Part shown: in pieces, positions 8,333 through 15,264 of the stretch
Numbering within the stretch: position 1 is the stretch's first letter
How the letters are laid out: every line of letters starts with the position of its first letter
Origin: Candidatus Dojkabacteria bacterium
Lineage (GTDB): Bacteria > Patescibacteriota > Dojkabacteria > GCA-002793355
Assembly: GCA_015485585.1 (NCBI GenBank)
Contig: WFTI01000032.1
Coordinates: 1 to 46,744, forward strand
Direction: 5' to 3'
Length of the DNA stretch: 46,744 bases
Program-made: the position numbers and the translations under genes
The notes under the pieces: generated by a model
Told to the model about the DNA's origin: nothing
What the model saw: only the letters and a program-made list of their open reading frames with translations
Databases searched by the model: none

Positions 8333-9962
8333 GGTAAGTGTTATACGTTTGACACCGCAAGACTCATTAAGCGATGCAGTGCGTTTTGTTACAGGTGCAA
8401 CATATGATCGTGTGTTTTTAATTATTCCTGTAGGAAACGACCTGTTAGTAAGTCTTGTTGGTTTAAAAACCCTAAAGAAAAGAGCGCTTGAAGCAAAAAA
8501 GGAGATTATTCTTTCGGTTCCTACTACTAAACATGTAGACTTTGCAAAACAAGCAGGGCTTATCGCAACCACAGAGAAAGATGTAAGTTTGGTTCCTCCA
8601 AGTTTATGGGAAGAAGCTCATAAACAAGCCCTTGAGTATACAAGTACGAGACTTTATGGGACCGACAAGACCCCCTCCTTAGTAGGAAGAGATTTAGAAG
8701 ATCATGTAAGCACAGATGAAGAACACACCAAAAAGAGTCTACCTTTAGTTAGTGGAAAGCTACGCATAGATTCCAAGGAGATAAAACGTCCGCTTCTTAA
8801 TGCTCATACTCTTTTGTTACTTCTGATGAGTACTTTAGTTATTCTTTCAATAGCGGCTGCAGTGTTTTTCGTCTATTATAGGTTCTTTCCACGGCTTTAT
8901 ATTACCATGGTTATTAAAGCCTTTGATGTAACAAAAGACTATACCATTTTAGGGACTCAAGAGATCGAAGGTATAGACCTTAAGAACAAACGCATGGGAA
9001 TAAGGAAACAGATCTTCGAGATTACCGAGTCAATAGTTAAACAGGTTACCACAGAAGTTGAAGAAGGAGAATACGCCACGGGAATTATTCGTGTTTATAA
9101 CAATACAACAGAAGATATTACCCTTCCGGCTGGTACCTACTTTAGAACCCCTGACAATAAGCTGTACATGAGTACAACTGCTGTTACTGTACCTTCAATG
9201 GTAACTGCAGATGTCTCGGTTAGGGCGCAAGGTTACGGCGAAGAGTATAACTTACCAGCAGGAACACTTTTTAGTGTTTACCTTCCTGATAATAGTGCGG
9301 TCTCAGGGGTGGTGGCAAGTAATCCTTCATCTATAAAAGGAGGAAGGTTAGAGAAAGTCAAAGTAGTCTCAGAAGAAGAGGTAAACGCAGCCAAGAAAGA
9401 ACTTGCCGACATAATAAAAGAACGATTAAAGGAGCGTATGCAAGACTATGCTAAGACCCAAGAGTTTGTCCTTATAGAAGATTCGATAACATTTGAAGAA
9501 AAAGATGTAAGTGTAGAACCTGCTGTAGGGAGCAAGGCAAATGAGTTTACTCTAACCATGACCATGAACGGATATGCTTATTATTATGACACCGAAGCCT
9601 TAGAGACCCTTTTGGAGGAGCTTTTACTAGTTGAGTATAAAAACAAAGATTCTACACGTTATAGCGTGAATAAGCTCAATTATAGTATAAGTGAAGAAAG
9701 CTTTGATAAAACAAAGAATACTTTAACTTTAAGAGTGAAGGCAGAGGGTATAGTAGCAGCTTATATTGATGAGAAGAAGATTCTAGAGGTCGTAAGACAA
9801 GGGAAATATAAAGATATATATGGAAACCTAAAAACAGAATTTAGCGATATTACCGAGCAGATTAAAGTTTCCTTTACTCCTGAGTGGATGCCTGACTTCT
9901 TACGTTATATTCCTGAAGAAGATACCCGAATAGAGATAGAGTTACTTACCGTGACGAAATAG
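8310..9962 (+). CDS. Bitopic membrane protein: ~170-aa cytoplasmic N-domain, one TM helix, ~350-aa extracytoplasmic domain (baseplate-J-like by eye)
   Basis: It overlaps the upstream FtsA-like gene by 23 nt. The TM helix is LLLLLMSTLVILSIAAAVFFVYY. The segment ITLPAGTYFRT...VSVRAQGYGEEYNLPAGTLFSV resembles baseplate J/gp47-type repeats. Confidence 0.45.
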   Translation: MSMSQKIKVSVIRLTPQDSLSDAVRFVTGATYDRVFLIIPVGNDLLVSLVGLKTLKKRALEAKKEIILSVPTTKHVDFAKQAGLIATTEKDVSLVPPSLWEEAHKQALEYTSTRLYGTDKTPSLVGRDLEDHVSTDEEHTKKSLPLVSGKLRIDSKEIKRPLLNAHTLLLLLMSTLVILSIAAAVFFVYYRFFPRLYITMVIKAFDVTKDYTILGTQEIEGIDLKNKRMGIRKQIFEITESIVKQVTTEVEEGEYATGIIRVYNNTTEDITLPAGTYFRTPDNKLYMSTTAVTVPSMVTADVSVRAQGYGEEYNLPAGTLFSVYLPDNSAVSGVVASNPSSIKGGRLEKVKVVSEEEVNAAKKELADIIKERLKERMQDYAKTQEFVLIEDSITFEEKDVSVEPAVGSKANEFTLTMTMNGYAYYYDTEALETLLEELLLVEYKNKDSTRYSVNKLNYSISEESFDKTKNTLTLRVKAEGIVAAYIDEKKILEVVRQGKYKDIYGNLKTEFSDITEQIKVSFTPEWMPDFLRYIPEEDTRIEIELLTVTK

Positions 9963-9985
9963 AATTTCGGTTACTTTCCGTTACA

Positions 9986-10058
9986 AGCTGGTGGGGGGAC
10001 TCGAACCCCCAACCTACCCCTTACGAAGGGGCCGCTCTACCACTTGAGCTACACCAGC
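9986..10058 (-). tRNA. tRNA-Thr (anticodon CGU)
   Basis: Cloverleaf read on the minus strand: GCTGGTG/CACCAGC acceptor, anticodon loop TTCGTAA, T-loop TTCGAGT. No encoded CCA. Confidence 0.9.
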
Positions 10059-11317
10059 TTACGGTAATTATAATAAACCTTTGAGACAAATCCTAGAAGA
10101 ATATAGTGGGTTATTAGAGATGTTCCTCCATATGAAAGAAAGGGAAGTGGTTGTCCCTTAGTAGGTAAGAGCGCAAGGTTTATTCCGATACCAATCGTAA
10201 TTTCAATTATTATTAGTGTCAAGATTCCTGCTAAAATGTATGCTGAAAAGTCAGGTTTTGGTATTTTTAAAAGTAGATATGTAATACGTGAAACCATGAT
10301 AGTATAAAGAAGAAGCACAACTAAGGCTCCTAATAGGCCAAACATCTCACTTAATGTAGCATACATAAAGTCAGTTTCTGCTTCAGGCAAAAATCTTAAC
10401 CTACTTTGGGTAGTCTGGCCTGGTCCTTTTCCTTTTATGCCTCCTGAACCGATGGCTATTAGGGCTTGTCGGGTGTGGAAATTTTCAATTTTTAGATTAA
10501 ATAATCCTTTTATTCCGTTTGTTTGAATCTGCTCAATGAATGGACGAAGCCGTTCTTTCTGGTACGGTTTTAAAAGGGGACCTTTGTAAAGATATAGAAA
10601 CCCCTCGAATAAGATGAATAATCCTATAAAAAATCCTAGTGCTACAAGTAAAGGCTTGGTTTGTTTTTTAAAGAGTAGGTATGTTATGTAAACAGCGATC
10701 AATCCTAAGAGCGCATAGTGTACAAGCATAGAAACAACTGTAATAAATACAGTAGTTGAAATTATTTTTAAGGCTTCTTCTATCGTACTGTTTCGGATTG
10801 TAAGATGAAAAACAGTTACTCCTAGTATGACTATTAAGTGTAAAAGAAACATTCCTAGATCAGGTGAAAAAAGTATAAAGGCCAAGCTAATAAGTGGAAA
10901 CCACAAGAAACGATATTTACGGGTAAAGAACGCATAGGCTGTAGCAGTTAATGTTCCTATCTTGTAAAGTTCTGAAGGTTGAATTAAGAAAAAACCAAGA
11001 TTTATCCATCTGTGAGTATTAGCATAGGGAGGTAGTAAGAAGGCGATGATTAACAGAGTAATAATTGCAATATTTGTTAAGACTATAGTTTTTTCACCAA
11101 ACAAGATCTCGTAGGGGATAAAAAGTATAAAGACAAAGATGATTAGCCCCAACAACATCACAATAAGATGTTTTACAGGGACCTGAGTCATATATTCAAA
11201 TGTTCCTTTAGCTTGGGCGAGGAACAAAAATATTACGAGGCCGATTATATTTAGAAGTATCGCAGGAAGTACCACAATCCAATCAACGCGTTCTAGTAGT
11301 GGTTTTACTTTAAGCAT
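10049..11317 (-). CDS. ftsW: SEDS-family peptidoglycan polymerase FtsW/RodA
   Basis: About 10 TM helices, with SEDS motifs FLPEAETDFMYATLSEMFG and LPFLSYGGTSL. It lies immediately downstream of ftsZ. Confidence 0.8.
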   Translation of the reverse strand: MLKVKPLLERVDWIVVLPAILLNIIGLVIFLFLAQAKGTFEYMTQVPVKHLIVMLLGLIIFVFILFIPYEILFGEKTIVLTNIAIITLLIIAFLLPPYANTHRWINLGFFLIQPSELYKIGTLTATAYAFFTRKYRFLWFPLISLAFILFSPDLGMFLLHLIVILGVTVFHLTIRNSTIEEALKIISTTVFITVVSMLVHYALLGLIAVYITYLLFKKQTKPLLVALGFFIGLFILFEGFLYLYKGPLLKPYQKERLRPFIEQIQTNGIKGLFNLKIENFHTRQALIAIGSGGIKGKGPGQTTQSRLRFLPEAETDFMYATLSEMFGLLGALVVLLLYTIMVSRITYLLLKIPKPDFSAYILAGILTLIIIEITIGIGINLALLPTKGQPLPFLSYGGTSLITHYILLGFVSKVYYNYRKLV

Positions 11318-12423
11318 TATCCGAATATTGTACTCCTTGTTCCTTTCTTTCGCAAAAATGATGGAATTTCATCGATGTTGGTAGTTGAGGTATCTTCTTG
11401 TGGTGTTGATGTTACCTCAGGCGTAGGAGTGGTAAGGGTTGCCTCTTCTTCGCGTTCTTTAGGTTGATCAGCCGGAAAACCTGCAGCGATTACAGTCACT
11501 TTAATCTCATCACCTAGCATCTCTTCAAAGGTGGTACCAATCTTGATGTTTGCTTCAGGATGTGCCATAGAAGTAATAAGTTCGCTTGCATCTCTTACAT
11601 CTTTTAATGTCAAGGTTGATTCTGAGCCTTGGATATTAATAAGTAAACCACGAGCCCCCTCAATAGACATCTCAAGAAGCGGTGATTCAATCGCGGTTTT
11701 AGCTGCCTGTACGGCTCGATCTTCACCTGTGGCAGTACCTATGCCAAGCATAGCTGTGCCAGCATCTTTAAGGACGTTTTTAACATCAGCAAAGTCAAGG
11801 TTGATAAGACCTGTTTTGGTTATCAGGTTTGAGATGCTCTCTATCGCATTCGCTAACACCTCATCAGCCTTCTTTAGCGCTTCTTTAAAGGTTAGGTTTT
11901 TGTCTGCCATCTCAAGCAATCTATCGTTAGGAATAATAAGGAGGGTATCTGTTGCCCCTTTTAAACGCGAAATACCCTCTTCAGCGATCTGGGCCCGATG
12001 TTTCCCTTCAAAAGAAAAAGGTTTGGTAACCACTGTTACAGTTAAAGCTCCGGCGCTTTTTGCAACCTCTGCGATTACTGGAATGGCACCTGTTCCTGTA
12101 CCCCCTCCCATTCCACCGGTGATAAAAACCATGTCGGTGTCAGCAACCATCTGTTGGAGTTCTTCTATGCTTTCTTGGGCTGCCTTTTGCCCTATTTCTG
12201 GGTTTCCTCCGGCTCCTAGTCCTTTGGTTAATTTAGCTCCGATCTGTACCTTTTTAGGAGCTAGTGAATGTTTAAGAACCTGTTCATCAGTGTTTACTGC
12301 GATAAATTCTACTCCTTCTATCTGAAATTCAGAGATCATTGTGTTTATAGCATTACATCCTGCGCCTCCTACACCTATTACTTTTATTTTGGCGGGGATT
12401 GTGCTTTGAGGTTGGATTAACAT
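11317..12423 (-). CDS. ftsZ: Cell division protein FtsZ
   Basis: Tubulin signature GGGTGTGA, T7 loop NLDFADV, and IKVIGVGGAGCNA. Confidence 0.95.
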   Translation of the reverse strand: MLIQPQSTIPAKIKVIGVGGAGCNAINTMISEFQIEGVEFIAVNTDEQVLKHSLAPKKVQIGAKLTKGLGAGGNPEIGQKAAQESIEELQQMVADTDMVFITGGMGGGTGTGAIPVIAEVAKSAGALTVTVVTKPFSFEGKHRAQIAEEGISRLKGATDTLLIIPNDRLLEMADKNLTFKEALKKADEVLANAIESISNLITKTGLINLDFADVKNVLKDAGTAMLGIGTATGEDRAVQAAKTAIESPLLEMSIEGARGLLINIQGSESTLTLKDVRDASELITSMAHPEANIKIGTTFEEMLGDEIKVTVIAAGFPADQPKEREEEATLTTPTPEVTSTPQEDTSTTNIDEIPSFLRKKGTRSTIFG

Positions 12424-12426
12424 TTT

Positions 12427-13686
12427 CTATTTTATTACAGATTTTATCCACTGTCTAATCTTGTCAACAATTGAGAGCCCCATCTCAGTTTGAGCCTCGA
12501 ATTCTGCTTCTTGTTTAATGTATAGAACGGCTCCTTGAATCGTAGCATACTCAGGACCAGAGATCTCATCTATCATTCCTTGTAGACCCCTTGGTTTGGC
12601 TACTCGGGCTGAGGCTTTCGTCACGCTGTTTATAATTTTGGTTATATTGTAAAGATTAGCAGTCCCTCCGGTTAGTATTATTCCCCCAGGGGAAACAATT
12701 GTTGTGCCTTTTGCCCGTGCACTTTTTTCAGCAAACTCAAGAATCTCAATAACTCTTGCCTCAATAATCTCTTCAAGTAATCTTTTAGAAATCTTATCTA
12801 CTCCTGGAATATTAAGAAACGATATATCAAGAACATCATCATCGGTATTTTTCTCTTTCTGATTTTTACGGATCGATTTTTTAGACTCATTACGTCTGTA
12901 GATCTCAGCTAGGTTCTTCTTTATCTTTTCAGCATCATCAAGAGATGAGAGATGTAAACCAGCTGCAATATCAGCGGTGATATTGTAACCGCCAAGAGGT
13001 ACAGAGCCTGAGTAGATTACTTTTCCTTCACGAAAGATTACGATGTCAGTAGTACCGCCCCCTATGTCAAGAAGGGTAGCGCCTAGTTCTTTTTCGGTAT
13101 CTGTCATTACGCTGTAAGTATCAGCCCATGCACTAAAGATAAACCCCCTATCGAGCACCCCTAGCCTTTGGACTATCTTTGAGAGGTTCTTTATAAGACT
13201 TGAGGGGACTAATATAAAATGAGCTTCCACCTCAAGCTTAGAACCTGACATTCCGATCGGATATTTGATTCCTCCCTGTGAATCTATGGCAAATTCATTG
13301 GGAATAATATGTAAAAACTCCATTCCGGTAGGTAACGGAGTAAGTTGGGTTTTAGCGTACTCGATTACTCTTATTACATCTTGCTTAGTAACCTCTCCGC
13401 TGTTGATTGAAATAGTACCCTTTTCGTTTTGGCACACAATGTTAGGACCGGTTACAGTAATAAATATATCTTCAATCTGCACATTTGCCATGCGTTCAGC
13501 ACTCGTGATTGTTGAGGCTACAACTTCCATTGTTTCATCGATATTTGTAATCATTCCTTTCTTAACCCCTTTTGAGGGGAGTGAAGCAAAACCGATTACC
13601 TTTGGGGGCTGATCTTTCTCTAGTGTGGCTATAAGAACTGATGTTTTACTGCTTCCGATATCTAACACTGTGACGATGTTTCCCAT
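12427..13686 (-). CDS. ftsA: Cell division protein FtsA
   Basis: VLDIGSSKT, LLDIGGGTTDIVIF, and the position directly upstream of ftsZ. Confidence 0.9.
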   Translation of the reverse strand: MGNIVTVLDIGSSKTSVLIATLEKDQPPKVIGFASLPSKGVKKGMITNIDETMEVVASTITSAERMANVQIEDIFITVTGPNIVCQNEKGTISINSGEVTKQDVIRVIEYAKTQLTPLPTGMEFLHIIPNEFAIDSQGGIKYPIGMSGSKLEVEAHFILVPSSLIKNLSKIVQRLGVLDRGFIFSAWADTYSVMTDTEKELGATLLDIGGGTTDIVIFREGKVIYSGSVPLGGYNITADIAAGLHLSSLDDAEKIKKNLAEIYRRNESKKSIRKNQKEKNTDDDVLDISFLNIPGVDKISKRLLEEIIEARVIEILEFAEKSARAKGTTIVSPGGIILTGGTANLYNITKIINSVTKASARVAKPRGLQGMIDEISGPEYATIQGAVLYIKQEAEFEAQTEMGLSIVDKIRQWIKSVIK

Positions 13687-13693
13687 GATGTGT

Positions 13694-13699
13694 ATTATA
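13694..13699 (-). promoter_or_regulatory. -10 box TATAAT 8 nt before the ftsA ATG; leaderless candidate
   Basis: The minus strand reads cTTATAATacacatcATG. Confidence 0.45.
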
Positions 13700-13727
13700 A
13701 GATGTTACAGCTTCTTGCTTAAATGTA

Positions 13728-14483
13728 TCATTTTACTGTAATTCTGTCAAATCGTGTATCTATATATTCGAAACTTTGGTTGCTTTTTTTAAGATACTCA
13801 TAAACTGTTAAGGCTTTGTTTAGGTCTTTTTCTAGCGATTCTATATCTTTATCGGCATCAAGCAAAATAGCAAAGCCTGGGGTTTCTATCTTGATGGTAG
13901 GAGGCGATTTAAAATTTTTAATAACTGAAAGTTTAAAATTTCTTAGTTCAGGAAGTTTTAATAACGCGTTTATTAGTAGATCGATCTTTTCAACATAGAT
14001 TACCTTTTCAGGATATGAGTCGAAATAAACTACTATTAATCCCGAATACATATTTTCAATCTGTTCAGGATACGGTTTCCCCATGGTAAATGGAATATAT
14101 GTGGAGTTTTGTTTGATTACCACTCCATAGCTACTATCTTTTGTGACAAAGAGAAAAACAGGCCGAGGCTCAGGGGTTATTACAACCTTTAAGGTGGAAG
14201 GTGGAATCTTATCTATTTGAAAGCGGAGTTTTGAGCCTTTAAAGCAATCCCCTAATCTTTTCTGAATCTTAGCAGAGGGAGTAAAGAAAGATAAACCGAC
14301 AGTCTTCTCTCTAACACAATCTTTGATTTCAGAGGTTGGAAATATCTTGGTAACAAGTTCATGTTTCCATTCGCTAGGTTGAACTATAAATGTTTTGAAT
14401 GTAAACACCTTTGTTGTTAAGTAGTAAAACCCCAACGTAAAGATTGTGATGACGACAATTACAAAAACTCTTCTTTTTTTCAT
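13728..14483 (-). CDS. FtsQ/DivIB-like bitopic division protein (positional call)
   Basis: A single N-terminal TM helix (VFVIVVITIFTLGFYYL), about 250 aa, located immediately upstream of ftsA. No strong motif was recognised. Confidence 0.45.
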   Translation of the reverse strand: MKKRRVFVIVVITIFTLGFYYLTTKVFTFKTFIVQPSEWKHELVTKIFPTSEIKDCVREKTVGLSFFTPSAKIQKRLGDCFKGSKLRFQIDKIPPSTLKVVITPEPRPVFLFVTKDSSYGVVIKQNSTYIPFTMGKPYPEQIENMYSGLIVVYFDSYPEKVIYVEKIDLLINALLKLPELRNFKLSVIKNFKSPPTIKIETPGFAILLDADKDIESLEKDLNKALTVYEYLKKSNQSFEYIDTRFDRITVK

Positions 14484-14573
14484 GCTCCTTTGATTATAAC
14501 TTCTTTAGGTTTGCACCTGATGGTAAAATCAAAATATAAGTTTACAAGAGATAAAATATAAAATTTTCGGAGT

Positions 14574-14873
14574 ATGGCTAAAGTAACACCATTATTTGAT
14601 CAGATTTTACTTGAGAAGATAGAACGACGAGAAGAGAAAACCTCAAGCGGTATCTATATACCACAAGAATCAGCTTCAGAAGAAGCACCTGCACTAGGAA
14701 AGATAGTTGCCTTTGGACAGGGTAAAGCAGTAGTTAAGGCACAAGAGAAATATGGACTCAAAGAGGGTATGGTAGTCATCTACTCTAAGTATTCGGGAAC
14801 TGAAATCAAATTAGAAGGTAAAGAATACGTACTAATCAGTGTTAAAGACCTCTTAGCTATACTTGAAGAGTAA
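14574..14873 (+). CDS. groES: Co-chaperonin GroES
   Basis: It aligns along its full length with GroES (PLFDQILLEK...SGIYIP...GKIVAFGQG...VLISVKDLLAILE). Confidence 0.9.
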   Translation: MAKVTPLFDQILLEKIERREEKTSSGIYIPQESASEEAPALGKIVAFGQGKAVVKAQEKYGLKEGMVVIYSKYSGTEIKLEGKEYVLISVKDLLAILEE

Positions 14874-14875
14874 AC

Positions 14876-15121
14876 ATGCAAGGGATTCTAGTAAACATTC
14901 TTATAGTTTTAGGAATAATCGCGTTGGTATTGGTCATTGCAATTTTAGTGCGTTTGTGGATTTTTACAAAAAGCCTAGAGAATGCGCGAAAATTCGTAGA
15001 GGAAGTGTATAATAAAAAGAAAGAAACCTTAACGCAGATTACCGCAGGTTTAACTGCGTTAGGGGTGTTAGAAGGTCTTCGCAAGATCTTGCGAAGACCT
15101 AAAGATTCGATGCCAAGGTAG
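14876..15121 (+). CDS. Small membrane protein (N-terminal TM plus amphipathic helix, DUF948-like by eye); the 3' end is doubtful
   Basis: TM helix ILIVLGIIALVLVIAILV. The last third is encoded by a 28-bp palindrome, and the stop codon is the TAG of the tRNA-Phe D-arm. Confidence 0.3.
   Translation: MQGILVNILIVLGIIALVLVIAILVRLWIFTKSLENARKFVEEVYNKKKETLTQITAGLTALGVLEGLRKILRRPKDSMPR
15073..15100. repeat. Perfect 28-bp palindrome (12-bp stem, GATC centre) 11 nt upstream of tRNA-Phe
   Basis: aggtcttcgcaaGATCttgcgaagacct, with no following U-tract. Confidence 0.85.
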
Positions 15122-15184
15122 CTCAGTTGGTAGAGCACAGCTCTGAAAAAGCTGGGGTCGCCGGTTCGAGTCCGGCCCTTGGCA
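15112..15184 (+). tRNA. tRNA-Phe (anticodon GAA)
   Basis: GCCAAGG/CCTTGGC acceptor, anticodon loop CTGAAAA, T-loop TTCGAGT. No encoded CCA. Confidence 0.95.
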
Positions 15185-15264
15185 TTTTAATAAAAAACAT
15201 GGTAATATACTTACAGCTTCCCATCTATGGGAAGAGGGTAAGATAATCTTAGATTTAGCTTAAT

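Noticed and set aside
11531-12325. 264-aa plus-strand ORF antisense to ftsZ. Similar shadow ORFs lie at 13265-13612, 17785-18330, 17799-18161, 26597-26986, 27917-28390, 33886-34281, 35035-35478 and 40820-41272.
   Set aside because: Each lies wholly inside a strongly supported conserved gene on the other strand or in another frame, and has Ser/Pro/Ile-rich shadow composition.
14484-14573. CIRCE/HrcA operator upstream of groES
   Set aside because: No TTAGCACTC-N9-GAGTGCTAA-like inverted repeat is present. There is only a TGgTAAAAT -10-like box.
15217-15234. Inverted repeat cttcccat-ct-atgggaag between tRNA-Phe and fusA, as an operator or terminator
   Set aside because: It is short, has no U-tract and has no second copy in the window. 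I cannot distinguish it from chance in AT-rich intergenic DNA.
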